The notes under the pieces were generated by a model that did no database searches, was not told the origin of the DNA, and saw nothing but the letters and a program-made list of their open reading frames with translations. The position numbers and the translations under genes are program-made. From an uncultured Gammaproteobacteria bacterium (lineage in GTDB: Bacteria > Patescibacteriota > Microgenomatia > Daviesbacterales > UBA10151), in contig CAZYPW010000006.1 of NCBI GenBank assembly GCA_964649615.1, positions 12,635 to 76,634 of the forward strand: a DNA stretch of 64,000 nucleotides, in the 5' to 3' direction. Positions 1 through 9,955 of the stretch are shown one piece after another. Numbering within the stretch: position 1 is the stretch's first letter; each line of letters opens with the position of its first letter.

Positions 1-1
1 T

Positions 2-961
2 ACAGCTATTTCTGCTTCAGTTGACCAGAGATTGGAAACTTCTACCAGGGTCACTGTGACTTTGGATGATGGAAAAACTGTGGCTGATAACTGTGCTGTT
101 AATACCACCACCCTTACTTTTACAGCCAGAAACCAGTGCATCAAAGACAATAATTTTGCAGCTTCTAATGTGGATGTAAAAATCTTTGAAAATGGTTCAG
201 AACCAATCTTTAGGCAACAAATCAGGTTGGATAAAGATGGCAAGCCTCAAAGCTTTGCTCCTAAGCTGGAAAAAAATAAAAAATATACCATGCTTCTTAA
301 AGCTCCTGGAGCTTTAGCTAAAAAAGTAGAATTTAATACAGGATCAAATAATACCACCATTATTGATCCATTTACTTTGGCTGTAGGAGACATCTATCCC
401 AGGAATAATCCTGATGGATCAGTGAATAACTTTGATATTTCTGAGTTAAAAAGGCAGTGGGCTCCCACTAAAGATACCCAAACTAATGCAGATTTAAATA
501 ATGATGGCAGGGTGAATAATGTAGATTGGTCCTGTTTAAGGCTTAATGTGGGTAAATCAGATGAGGAATTCACTCCTTCTCAAACTTCCCCTCAAACTGT
601 CAAAATAGGCAATAAAGGCAAAGTATTTATGGATACTAATTTGGATAAGGCTCTAAGTTCAGGAGAGCAAACAATTGCTGGAGCAGTAGTTAAGTTTTTG
701 AAAGTGCCAGACAGCCATGTGGTTGGTGAGAAGTTAACTGCCACAGAGCTTGCTGCCTCCTTAGTTTTAGCCCAGGCTACCTCAGATGCTTCTGGTTCTG
801 TTGATATTCAAGTTTCCAGGACAGCTCCGGTAGTGGGGAATTTTAGCTTTGTAGTGGATCCTGGAGCAAATACTGGAAAAGGCGGTGAATTAGATTGGAA
901 AATACTGGAACCTCTTAATGCAGATTCAATCCAGTCTTTTAATATAGCTGTTGAGCCATAA
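2..961 (+). CDS. Surface protein with dockerin-like (paired EF-hand) domain, 5'-partial
   Basis: Frame is open back to the window start; paired motifs GDIYPRNNPDGSVNNFD and ADLNNDGRVNNVD resemble dockerin repeats. Confidence 0.65.
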   Translation, partial: TAISASVDQRLETSTRVTVTLDDGKTVADNCAVNTTTLTFTARNQCIKDNNFAASNVDVKIFENGSEPIFRQQIRLDKDGKPQSFAPKLEKNKKYTMLLKAPGALAKKVEFNTGSNNTTIIDPFTLAVGDIYPRNNPDGSVNNFDISELKRQWAPTKDTQTNADLNNDGRVNNVDWSCLRLNVGKSDEEFTPSQTSPQTVKIGNKGKVFMDTNLDKALSSGEQTIAGAVVKFLKVPDSHVVGEKLTATELAASLVLAQATSDASGSVDIQVSRTAPVVGNFSFVVDPGANTGKGGELDWKILEPLNADSIQSFNIAVEP

Positions 962-1004
962 ATAATATGTTGCAAACAAAGCATAAATAGCTTAGTCTAA
1001 AATT

Positions 1005-1595
1005 ATGGATAATATAAAAAAATTATTAACCAAAAAAGTAATCTTGGGAATATTTGCGGTCGTTATTGGGATAGAGTTAATTTGGGCAGCTACTGTTTTA
1101 TTTAAACCCACTTCTCAACCATCTTTGGTAACAAATCAAACAGTTAACAAACAATCAACCACTATTAAATTAGAAACTCAAACACCCCAAGTTAAAGTAG
1201 GCAGCAAGTTTACTGTTTCCATTCAAATGGTTTCAGATAAATTTACAGATGGTGCAGATATATTACTTAGTTATGATCCTAATGTTTTATCTTTAGATCC
1301 AGCGGGAAAAGAGGCTGTGCCGGTGATTTTGGGCGGGCTTTATAATGAATATCCTCTTAACACTGTGGACGCCAAGTTAGGCAAGGTGGCTGTCTCAGGG
1401 ATTGCCACAGAAGATAGTGGAATTTTAGCTAATGGGTTATTTGGTTCGATGGTATTTACTGCAAAAGTAGCAGGCAACAGCCAAATTAGTGTAGATTTCA
1501 CAGAGGGTTCTACCAAGGATTCAAATGTAATAGAAACAGGTACAGGAGAAGATATTTTAAGTAAAGTTGAGAATTTGGAGGTAAATATAGAATGA
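1005..1595 (+). CDS. Membrane-anchored cohesin-domain protein
   Basis: N-terminal TM helix; TDGADILLSYDPNVL...GKVAVSG...FTAK...ISVDF cohesin-like beta-sandwich pattern. Confidence 0.7.
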   Translation: MDNIKKLLTKKVILGIFAVVIGIELIWAATVLFKPTSQPSLVTNQTVNKQSTTIKLETQTPQVKVGSKFTVSIQMVSDKFTDGADILLSYDPNVLSLDPAGKEAVPVILGGLYNEYPLNTVDAKLGKVAVSGIATEDSGILANGLFGSMVFTAKVAGNSQISVDFTEGSTKDSNVIETGTGEDILSKVENLEVNIE

Positions 1596-2398
1596 AACTC
1601 AAAGCTCAAAACTCAAAGCTCAAAACTATAACAACACACCTAATTAAACTAAAGTTTAATTGCAAAAAGTTAAAACTTTTTAGTCTTACACTGTTGCTTT
1701 GCACTTTAACTTTTACACTTTCAGCTTTTCCAGCTTATGCCCAGTCTGCTACCCTGTCCCTCTCCCCTTCCACTGGGACTTATAACAAAGGCTGCAACTT
1801 TCCTTTGGAAGTTAAATTAAATACCGGGGGTGCCCAAACTGATGGAACTGATGCCATTATTTTGTATGATACCTCCAGAGTTTCTGCTACCTCAATAAGC
1901 CCCAATCTGTCTGTTTACCCAGACTTTCCAGGCAACAGCATTGATGAGGGGTCTGGCAAAATTATTATCTCCGGGGTTGCTTCTATCTCTGGATCATTTT
2001 CTGGAAATGCTACTTTAGCCACTATTCAATTTAGCGTTAAAGAAAATGCTTCAACTGGTGCTACTCAGATCAGGTTTGATTTTGATCCTAATGATAAAGC
2101 TAAAACCACAGATTCAAATGTAGTAGAAAGAGGCACTGTAGCTGATATTTTATCTTCAGTTGTGAATGGGAACTATACCATTGGAACTGGAGCTTGTGAA
2201 GCAACAGGTACTGGCACAGGAACTGGAACTGGTACCGGGACTGGATCAAAAGGAGGAGTAGAAGATTCAACTCCCTCTGCTGAGTTTATTCCCCTTAAGC
2301 AGCTTCCTCCTGCAGGATCTGAGCAGCTAACTTTTACGCTAGCCATAGTGGGGATGGTTTTAACTATCTTAGGTGTCTTGGGATTGGCTCTACTGTGA
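1592..2398 (+). CDS. Cohesin-domain protein with TG linker and C-terminal LPxxG + TM anchor
   Basis: Signal peptide (PAYA); TDGTDAIILYD cohesin-like core sharing DSNV(I/V)E with the upstream gene; (TG)7 linker; LPPAG followed by a hydrophobic tail. Confidence 0.7.
   Translation: MKLKAQNSKLKTITTHLIKLKFNCKKLKLFSLTLLLCTLTFTLSAFPAYAQSATLSLSPSTGTYNKGCNFPLEVKLNTGGAQTDGTDAIILYDTSRVSATSISPNLSVYPDFPGNSIDEGSGKIIISGVASISGSFSGNATLATIQFSVKENASTGATQIRFDFDPNDKAKTTDSNVVERGTVADILSSVVNGNYTIGTGACEATGTGTGTGTGTGTGSKGGVEDSTPSAEFIPLKQLPPAGSEQLTFTLAIVGMVLTILGVLGLALL
2203..2245 (+). repeat. Thr-Gly linker-coding repeat
   Basis: ACNGGN hexamers encoding TGTGTGTGTGTGTG. Confidence 0.8.
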
Positions 2399-4296
2399 AG
2401 ATACTAATATTCTTATTTATATTTTTCTTGCTTCCCTCAAATGTTTTTGCCCAAAATGCACCTTGTGCAGCAGAAACTACCAAATGCGGGCAGCCTTCAT
2501 ATGCTAATTGTTCTTCTGTCCAATATGAAACTGATGGCAGGGCTTTTTATACCTGCACCCAATCAAATAACCCAAACTGTGCAGGGACTATATATTGTGC
2601 TTCTGAAAATAAATCAACTTACCAGCCTCCTGTAGCTGTTCCTGCTTCTGCTGTTTGTACACCCAACGCTTTTGATGCTTCCTTATGCAGAAGGTGTGCC
2701 TCAGATGGAAGCAGATGGGGTACCAACGGTTCTGATTTTGGCACTAATTATGGTTCAAAAGCGTGGTGCAGTTGTGCCAAGCAATATGATCCTTCTGTCT
2801 ATGGGCAATCATGTAATCAGCCACCAACTGGGGTAGGAACGACCAATCCGCCTTCAGAGCCAGTGGGAGTAGGAAAAACCACGCCTGTATCTGTCCCACC
2901 AATTACTGTTACCAAAATACAAATTAATGGGCAGGATTTAGATCTAAATGGCAGTTTAAAACTCACTCTGCCAGAAACAATAAAAGAATCTGATGTACAA
3001 AATAAAATTGATGTGACTTACTCAGACAATTCAACAAAATCCTTCTTTATTACCTTTCATTACACACCAAAAATTGATCCAGTTATAGAAGCAGAAAATC
3101 AAACAAAAGATGTAGGTGTATTAGTTTTAAAATATTTCCCATTGGATAGTAGCGGTGCAAATCTTAATTCAAATATTACCGGCATGAGCACCAGTTTGGC
3201 GGCTATTAAGCAATATGTTAATACCCTAACTTTGAAGTCCTTGAATGTCCTAACGGAGGCGAGTATCTACCATGGTTTCAAAAGCAAGTCAACCCCTGCA
3301 TTGAAATATAAACTGGTAGATACAAAGGAGTATCAATTACCCCTGCCTGTTTCGTCAGATAGAGTTCCCTGGAATACTGATAGCTTTAGGCCAGATTACA
3401 AAAAAATGTTAAATGATATAAATATCTGTGATTATGTTGAAAATAGAAATGTTAAACAAGTTTGGGTGTGGGGTTATCATACAAAGGTTATAGAACCAGC
3501 AGAGTCAAATATGTCTATGGGCAGAGATTCAAGCTCATTTTGGCCACAACAAACTTATGGAGATATTAGTAATAGTGAAAGAAGTGATGATTTACCGATT
3601 TGCCAAAAAACCTATGTACTTTATAACTATAATTATGAACGTGGGCTTGGCGAGGTTTTAGAAGACCACGGCCATCATATAGAAGCTGTTTTAAGTTATG
3701 TTAATTACGATCTTTTTTGGAATTACTTCGTTAGGCCTCATGGAACTCAAGACGGGGTGAATAATTGTGGATGGATGCATGCTCCTCCTAATGTAACAGA
3801 TGAAGATCAATATAACTGGACAAGTAAGTTTAGGGTTCAGTCTGCTTGCTCAGACTGGAAGCCGGACGGATCTGTATCAACCAAAAGCATCGACTGTACT
3901 ACTTGGGCGGGAGCAGACTGTACTAATGATATGGGGGCTAGTTTTAAGGTTTGGTGGATGCAGAATTTACCTGGAATGGATAATGGTTTAACTTATCAGG
4001 GAAGAAAGTTAAGGAACTGGTGGGTTTTTATTGGTGATTTTGATAATGCCATAGCTTCTGGAAAAGCCTTAACTGCTAAAACTCCAACTGAAGCAAGGAC
4101 ACTTTTTAGAACTCAATCAGCGCATACAGAAACCCAATATATCCCTCCTGCTTCCCTGCCGCATCCTCACGAACCGGTTGAGATACCTGAAGTACCCAGT
4201 GCACCTGAACCTTTAGAATTAATAGATTTTAACAGTGATGGGCAGATCAATGTTTTTGACCGGATTATATATGTTAGAAAACAGTTAGGGTTATGA
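2395..4296 (+). CDS. Secreted multidomain protein: Cys-rich N-terminus, possible metallopeptidase-like core, C-terminal dockerin-like motif
   Basis: Signal peptide; many Cys; His cluster EDHGHHIE; C-terminal DFNSDGQINVFD. Confidence 0.5.
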   Translation: MKILIFLFIFFLLPSNVFAQNAPCAAETTKCGQPSYANCSSVQYETDGRAFYTCTQSNNPNCAGTIYCASENKSTYQPPVAVPASAVCTPNAFDASLCRRCASDGSRWGTNGSDFGTNYGSKAWCSCAKQYDPSVYGQSCNQPPTGVGTTNPPSEPVGVGKTTPVSVPPITVTKIQINGQDLDLNGSLKLTLPETIKESDVQNKIDVTYSDNSTKSFFITFHYTPKIDPVIEAENQTKDVGVLVLKYFPLDSSGANLNSNITGMSTSLAAIKQYVNTLTLKSLNVLTEASIYHGFKSKSTPALKYKLVDTKEYQLPLPVSSDRVPWNTDSFRPDYKKMLNDINICDYVENRNVKQVWVWGYHTKVIEPAESNMSMGRDSSSFWPQQTYGDISNSERSDDLPICQKTYVLYNYNYERGLGEVLEDHGHHIEAVLSYVNYDLFWNYFVRPHGTQDGVNNCGWMHAPPNVTDEDQYNWTSKFRVQSACSDWKPDGSVSTKSIDCTTWAGADCTNDMGASFKVWWMQNLPGMDNGLTYQGRKLRNWWVFIGDFDNAIASGKALTAKTPTEARTLFRTQSAHTETQYIPPASLPHPHEPVEIPEVPSAPEPLELIDFNSDGQINVFDRIIYVRKQLGL

Positions 4297-4297
4297 T

Positions 4298-4558
4298 ATG
4301 AACCAAAAAGGGTTAGCACATATTATTTTAATAATTATCCTGGTAATAGGTTTAATTGCTGTCCTGTATTTAGTGCAGCATCCTCAAATCTTCAAACCAA
4401 AAGCATCTTCAAATCCTGTTTTGGATGCTTTTGAGATCAAAGATGCTGAAGGTAATTTGCTCACCTGTGATAGTAATGCTAGTCCTCCAGTCTGTACTAC
4501 TTCTACAGAAGAGGTAACTATTACAGTCAAAGATTTAGAGGCTTTAATACCAGAGTAA
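4298..4558 (+). CDS. Small membrane protein with pilin-like N-terminus
   Basis: MNQKG followed by a hydrophobic helix, then PKAS. Confidence 0.55.
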   Translation: MNQKGLAHIILIIILVIGLIAVLYLVQHPQIFKPKASSNPVLDAFEIKDAEGNLLTCDSNASPPVCTTSTEEVTITVKDLEALIPE

Positions 4559-4580
4559 TTTGTCGTACAATATTTTTTAG

Positions 4581-5504
4581 ATGGCTGCCCAACTATCCTC
4601 CTTAATTACTGATTTTTTAGAATACTTAGAATTAGAACGCAATGCTTCTCAACTGACTATTAAAAACTATAGCCATTATTTAAAGAGATTTTTACTCTTT
4701 GCAGGAGATATTACACCTTCAGAAATTGATTTAAGTTTGGTCAGAAAATATAGGCTGTATCTGGCCCGTTTTACTGATCCTCAAACACACAAAGGCTTAA
4801 AAAGAATTACCCAAAATTATTTTATGATTGCTCTAAGGGCATTTTTAAGGTATTTAGCCAGAGTTGATATTGATACCATATCTCCAGAGAAAGTAGAGCT
4901 TGGCGGGTCAGATCCCAGGCCGCTAAAAGTGTTAGATGAGGCTCATTTAAAATCTTTGCTAGAGGCTTCAGATACCACTAAAAAAGATGGAATCAGGGAT
5001 AGATGCATACTGGAGATGCTATTTTCCACAGGTTTGAGGGTTTCAGAGCTAGCTTCTTTAAATAGGGATACTATTAATTTAAATAGAAGAGAGTTTGGGA
5101 TAGTTGGTAAAGGTGGCAAAGAAAGAGTGGTTTTTATCTCTGGCTCCGCTGCAGGTTGGTTAGAAAAATATTTAAATGTCAGGAAAGACAGCTTTAAACC
5201 TTTATTTATCAGATTTCAAGGAAAGGTAGATCCTTCTAATAATGGTGAAGCTATGAGGCTAACACCAAGGTCTATAGAAAGAATTGTAGAAAAATATGTG
5301 AAAAAGTTAGGGCTTCCTATTAAAGCTACTCCCCATACCTTAAGGCACTCTTTTGCTACAGATTTATTAATCAATGGAGCAGATATCCGCTCTGTCCAGG
5401 AAATGCTGGGCCACTCCTCTATCCAAACCACCCAAATTTATACCCATGTCACCAATCAACACTTAAAAGACGTCCACAAAGCATTTCATTCAGGAAATAA
5501 ATGA
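4581..5504 (+). CDS. xerC: XerC/XerD-family tyrosine recombinase
   Basis: TGLRVSEL, GKGGKER, HTLRHSFAT, LGHSSIQTTQIYTH catalytic motifs; XerC versus XerD not resolved. Confidence 0.88.
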   Translation: MAAQLSSLITDFLEYLELERNASQLTIKNYSHYLKRFLLFAGDITPSEIDLSLVRKYRLYLARFTDPQTHKGLKRITQNYFMIALRAFLRYLARVDIDTISPEKVELGGSDPRPLKVLDEAHLKSLLEASDTTKKDGIRDRCILEMLFSTGLRVSELASLNRDTINLNRREFGIVGKGGKERVVFISGSAAGWLEKYLNVRKDSFKPLFIRFQGKVDPSNNGEAMRLTPRSIERIVEKYVKKLGLPIKATPHTLRHSFATDLLINGADIRSVQEMLGHSSIQTTQIYTHVTNQHLKDVHKAFHSGNK

Positions 5505-5525
5505 CTTTCTGCAATGAACTACCCC

Positions 5526-5888
5526 TCATTTACCTAGCCTAACTTTTTGTAAATCTATAAGCACTGAATTTAAGACTGTTGAAACAACAGCCAAAACTAT
5601 GCTGGCTAAAATGGCTGGGACCCATCCAGCTATCATTACTCCTGGCACCACTGCTGAGACAATAAACAGCATGACTGCATTTACCACAAAGGTAAAAAGC
5701 CCTAAAGTAACTACAGTTAAAGGTGCTGTCAAAAATGCCAAAACAGGCCTAATGAAAGTATTAACAACACCCAAGACTATCGCAGCAAGCACTGCTGTGG
5801 TGAAGTTGTCAACGCTAAATCCAGGAACTACATAAGTAGTAGCCATTAAAGCTAGCGCATTTAAAACTAAAGCAATAACAATTTGCAA
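5526..5888 (-). CDS. 4-TM phage-holin-family (YvlD-like) membrane protein
   Basis: LGVVNTFIRP...LTLGLF-type pattern; GGAGGTGA SD upstream of TTG at 5888. Confidence 0.8.
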   Translation of the reverse strand: MQIVIALVLNALALMATTYVVPGFSVDNFTTAVLAAIVLGVVNTFIRPVLAFLTAPLTVVTLGLFTFVVNAVMLFIVSAVVPGVMIAGWVPAILASIVLAVVSTVLNSVLIDLQKVRLGK

Positions 5889-5964
5889 TTTAATCACCTC
5901 CACTTCTTACCTTAATCATTACTTAAATAAGAAGAAATTGTCAAATCTCTGATACAATATATTT

Positions 5965-6519
5965 ATGGACAAAAAAGCCAGAAGCATTCTTTTAAAAACC
6001 TTAGTTTTTATATTTAGTATAAGTTTAGCATGGTTTTTAGTTAAAAGCGGTTATTTGCACAGCTGGGTGGAGACAGTTCTTCCCCACCAGTTTATAGGAG
6101 AGTTTATAGCTGGCGCCCTTTATACTTCATTTCTTACCTCACCAATTGCAGTTGCTATGTTTTTAGTGATTGCTCAAGAGAGTAACCCGATCATAATAGC
6201 TCTAGTAGGAGGTTTAGGGGCAGCTTGTGGAGATATTTTAATTATAAAATTGTTTAGGGATAATTATAAAAATGATGTTGATAATGTTTCTAAACAATTG
6301 CACTTAAAAAGAATAAGTATATTTTTAAGGCTGTTTCATTTTGAATTTATCATTCCTGTGATCGGGGCAATAATTATTGCCTCCCCTTTCCCAGATGAGA
6401 TTGGACTATTAATGCTGGGAGTCTCCAGGCTTAAATATGGAGAGATTGCCAAGATAAGTTTTGTACTAAACTCCGCAGGAATTTTGTTGATTGCAGCACC
6501 GATTAATTTACTTACATGA
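5965..6519 (+). CDS. Hypothetical membrane protein
   Basis: Several TM helices; SPFPDEIG motif. Confidence 0.6.
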   Translation: MDKKARSILLKTLVFIFSISLAWFLVKSGYLHSWVETVLPHQFIGEFIAGALYTSFLTSPIAVAMFLVIAQESNPIIIALVGGLGAACGDILIIKLFRDNYKNDVDNVSKQLHLKRISIFLRLFHFEFIIPVIGAIIIASPFPDEIGLLMLGVSRLKYGEIAKISFVLNSAGILLIAAPINLLT

Positions 6520-8888
6520 CAGGATTAACAAGCGCTGAAGCAAAACAAGCTTTGGAAAAATTTGGGCCCAATCTTCTCCCTCAAAAAGGCGGTATCTCTA
6601 TCCTAAATATTTTTATCAACCAAATCAAAAACCCTTTTACTATTGTTTTAACTACAGCTATTGTACTTTCCTTCATTGTGGGAGACAAAATTGATGGCAT
6701 CCTGATTGGAGCCATACTGGTTTTAAATACCTTTTTGGGGTTTTGGCAGGAATACAAAGCTTCAAAAGAGCTTGAGGCTTTGAGAAGCCTTGAGGTTTTA
6801 ACCTCCAGAATAATAAGGGATGGCCGTGAAGTGGAAATATCAGCTTCAGAGATAGTACCTCAAGATGTGGTTATTTTAGAAGCTGGAGATAAAGTTCCAG
6901 CAGATGGAAAATTATTAGAAAGTTATTCTTTGCAGGTTAATGAATCTATTTTAACCGGGGAATCCTTGCCTGTTATTAAGAGCCGAACACATCCCTCCTT
7001 CGGAGGTAAAAATGATGAGGACCAGCTTTTTTTTGGAACCACTGTGATTTCAGGAAGAGGAAAGTTTCTTTGTTTACAAACAGGCCTAAATACCCGTTTT
7101 GGCAAAATTGCCCAAACTTTGGCGGAGGTTAAAAGCGAGCAAACACCCCTGGAGATTTCTTTATCTAAGTTAATAAAAGGTGTCAGTTTAGTGGTAATAA
7201 TTGTGACCATCCTAGTGTTTTTGGTGAGATTTTTCCAAGGGTTTGAATTAGCTGAGGTGTTGCTGTCAAGTATTGCCTTAATGGTAGCAGCTGTGCCAGA
7301 AGGGTTGCCTGCAGTGGTGACTATAGTTTTAGCTTTGGGGGTGAGAAAAATGTATCAAAGAAAGGCTTTGGTTAGGAAGATGATTGCGGTGGAGTCTTTA
7401 GGTGCTGCCACAGTTATTTTATCTGATAAAACAGGCACTTTAACTAAAAATGAGATGAGGGTGCAAGTTACAAAGGTAAACAAAGGTTCAGAGGGTGATT
7501 TACTTAAATGTGCAGTGCTTTGTAATAGTGCTAATTTGGTGCTCAAAGAGGACCCGCTTCGCCCGCGACTTGCGTCGACGCAGGTGCGAAGCGAGGCGAG
7601 TGGTTTTGATATTTTAGGAGATACCACTGAGGGGGCTTTACTTCTATGGGCAAAAGACAAAGGTGAGGAGATAGAAGCTTTAAGGTCTGAGGGAAAGCTG
7701 CTTGAGGAAATCCCCTTTTCACTGCAGACTAGAAAGATGACTGTGATCTGGGAACATTCTGGGAAAAAAGCAGCATATACCAAAGGGGCTCCTGAAGTCA
7801 TTTTAAAAGAAGTTAAGCTGCCTGAAAAAGAATTTCTGGTTTGGGAAAAAGAATACCAGAAAATGGCCTCAAAGGGCTTAAGGGTTTTAGGTTTCTCTAA
7901 AGATGAAAAATTCTTAGGGTTAATTGGTATTGCTGATCAGATAAGGGAGGAGGCTAAGGAGGCCATCAGGCTAGCCAAAGGGGCTGGAATTAAAGTCTGT
8001 ATGGTTACAGGAGATAATGAGCTGACAGCTAAAGCAGTCTCTGAACAGTTAGGCTTGCTTGAGGAAGGAGATGAGGTTTTAACAGGGGCTCAACTTAATT
8101 TACTATCTGATGAACAGCTGAAGGAAAGAATAGATAAAATTAAAGTTTATGCCAGGATTGAGCCTTTGGATAAATTAAGAATAGTAAAGATATACCAAAG
8201 CATGGGAGAAGTGGTGGCAGTAACTGGAGATGGGGTTAATGATGCTCTGGCTTTAAAACAGGCCCAGATTGGGGTTTCTATGGGCAAAATTGGCTCTGAT
8301 GTTTCCAAAGAAGCTTCAGACATCATTTTATTAGATGATAACTTTGCTACTCTTGTTTCTGCTGTGGAACAAGGCAGGGTTATTTATGCAAATATCTTAA
8401 AAGTAATTAAATTTTTATTAACTGGGAATTTATCAGAAATTTTACTGATAAGTGTGGCCTCATTTTTAGCTCTTCCCACTCCCCTTCTGCCTACCCAGAT
8501 CCTTTGGATAAACTTTGTTTCAGATGGGCTGCCTGCGCTGTCTTTAGGATTTGATAACCCTTCCTCACATATCATGAGAAATTCTCCTAGAAAGGGCAAT
8601 AATATTTTGGGGGTATCTATGGTAAGATATGTGCTTTTAGGTGGGATATCAATTGGGGCAATTTGTCTATTAACTTTCTATTATATTTATCAAAACTTTG
8701 GGGTAGAGTTAGCCAGGACTATAACTTTTACTCTACTGGTACTGCTGCAGATGATTTTACCTTTTATTATCAGAAGGCATCACTCTATTACTTCCAACAA
8801 AGTGCTTTTATTGTCTGTAATTTTAGTATTAATTATGCAAGCATTAATTCTAACTGTGCCTCAGTTAAGATCTATTTTTAAGATCTAA
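6516..8888 (+). CDS. Cation-transporting P-type ATPase (type II, Ca2+-like)
   Basis: TGES, PEGL, DKTGTLT, KGAPE, TGDN and GDGVND motifs. Confidence 0.95.
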   Translation: MTGLTSAEAKQALEKFGPNLLPQKGGISILNIFINQIKNPFTIVLTTAIVLSFIVGDKIDGILIGAILVLNTFLGFWQEYKASKELEALRSLEVLTSRIIRDGREVEISASEIVPQDVVILEAGDKVPADGKLLESYSLQVNESILTGESLPVIKSRTHPSFGGKNDEDQLFFGTTVISGRGKFLCLQTGLNTRFGKIAQTLAEVKSEQTPLEISLSKLIKGVSLVVIIVTILVFLVRFFQGFELAEVLLSSIALMVAAVPEGLPAVVTIVLALGVRKMYQRKALVRKMIAVESLGAATVILSDKTGTLTKNEMRVQVTKVNKGSEGDLLKCAVLCNSANLVLKEDPLRPRLASTQVRSEASGFDILGDTTEGALLLWAKDKGEEIEALRSEGKLLEEIPFSLQTRKMTVIWEHSGKKAAYTKGAPEVILKEVKLPEKEFLVWEKEYQKMASKGLRVLGFSKDEKFLGLIGIADQIREEAKEAIRLAKGAGIKVCMVTGDNELTAKAVSEQLGLLEEGDEVLTGAQLNLLSDEQLKERIDKIKVYARIEPLDKLRIVKIYQSMGEVVAVTGDGVNDALALKQAQIGVSMGKIGSDVSKEASDIILLDDNFATLVSAVEQGRVIYANILKVIKFLLTGNLSEILLISVASFLALPTPLLPTQILWINFVSDGLPALSLGFDNPSSHIMRNSPRKGNNILGVSMVRYVLLGGISIGAICLLTFYYIYQNFGVELARTITFTLLVLLQMILPFIIRRHHSITSNKVLLLSVILVLIMQALILTVPQLRSIFKI
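7553..7600 (+). repeat. GC-rich palindromic element (family C, CCCGCTTCGC...GCGAGGCGAG), in frame in the ATPase
   Basis: 48 nt with an internal palindrome CTTGCGTCGACGCAGG; encodes PLRPRLASTQVRSEAS. Confidence 0.8.
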
Positions 8889-8902
8889 ATATGCCCTATA
8901 GT

Positions 8903-8932
8903 TTGACATAAAATATCCTCCAGGAGTATAAT
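8903..8932 (+). promoter_or_regulatory. Sigma70-type promoter
   Basis: TTGACA-18 nt-TATAAT, with ATG 7 nt downstream at 8940. Confidence 0.65.
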
Positions 8933-8939
8933 TCCTAAT

Positions 8940-9154
8940 ATGTCAGAAAGAATTAATCCTTCAGAAGATCCTAGTCTATTAGATCTATGAAAGATAGTGT
9001 TATGGAGATTTGGGGCTTTATTCATCAGCCAGATTTTAGCGATTGGTTAGTTAATCATAAAGGCCAGGTGGCAAGAAAATTATTACTTCTAGGAGGATTA
9101 GGAATAGTCACCCTATTTGGTTTTAAGACACTAAAAGATACTTATAATCACTAG
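8940..9154 (+). pseudogene. Probable frameshifted small membrane-protein gene
   Basis: Frame from ATG 8940 stops after 16 codons; overlapping frame 8987-9154 encodes a 55-aa peptide with a TM segment. Confidence 0.3.
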
Positions 9155-9161
9155 CAGAAAA

Positions 9162-9182
9162 CCCCGCTTTCTTAAAACGGGG
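9162..9182. terminator. Hairpin between convergent genes (terminator or IS200/IS605-like end)
   Basis: CCCCGCTTT-CTT-AAAACGGGG followed by ATGAATG. Confidence 0.4.
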
Positions 9183-9270
9183 ATGAATGCTAAAGTGATT
9201 ACAGTCTTCCGCGGGATAGGTGGTATATAATCCAACTAGTCCCACCTCCGAGGTAGGAGTGATCGGACAC

Positions 9271-9768
9271 CTAGGGTTTTCTCAGTGATTTTAAGATATC
9301 TACATTTTCTTTGTCTGGACCATTATCTGCAAAACCTGGGACTTCTAAAATAAATGGTAGCTCTTTTAAGGAAGGATTATTTAATAAATTCTCAAAGCCC
9401 TCTCTGCCTATCATTCCCTCCCCTATATTAGCATGCCTGTCTCTTTTAGAACCTAACTCAAATTTAGAATCATTAGCATGCACTACTGCTAAATTTTCTA
9501 GCCCTATCTCTTCCTAAAATTCTTCCAAAGTAGATTTTAAGCCAATTGGAGTTTTTATATCATAGCTTGAGGTGAAAGCATGGCAGGTATCTAAGCAAAC
9601 CTTAACCGTATTCCCACTTCCGATGTGGGAACGCACTCCTTTGCCTGCGATCGCATATGATTTTGTCAACACTTCTGCAGCTGCTAAATTCATGGCATAA
9701 ACTAACCATTCTATAGATTTTTGTAGGTGAGCAGGATTAGTAGAAACATGAGCTCCTACCTTTGTCAT
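9271..9768 (-). pseudogene. nfo: Endonuclease IV pseudogene
   Basis: VGAHVS, CLDTCH, HANDSK, DRHANIGEG and ILEVP motifs; large internal deletions; in-frame TAG at 9514-9516. Confidence 0.85.
9611..9631. repeat. REP-like hairpin family A, in nfo pseudogene
   Basis: TTCCCACTTCCGATGTGGGAA; reads SHIGSG on the minus strand. Confidence 0.92.
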
Positions 9769-9955
9769 AGAGCTAGATTATATCGAACACCGTATTTTTC
9801 TGGGTTAGTCTTTAAATTATCCATAGAAGTTTCCCAGCCTGCAAATTGGGGATTATTATTGATTACTTGGGCAAATCTTTTTTGTAGTTTTCAGATCAAA
9901 TTGCATTGACAACTAAAATTACCTAATGTACTATGGGCAATACTGCTCTTCTGAT

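Noticed and set aside
4581-5903. Recombinase plus holin-family gene as a prophage
   Set aside because: The recombinase is a Xer-type housekeeping enzyme, and no phage structural or replication genes are present.
9514-9516. In-frame TAG as evidence of stop-codon recoding
   Set aside because: The gene is also heavily deleted, and other genes in the window terminate normally at TAG and TGA.
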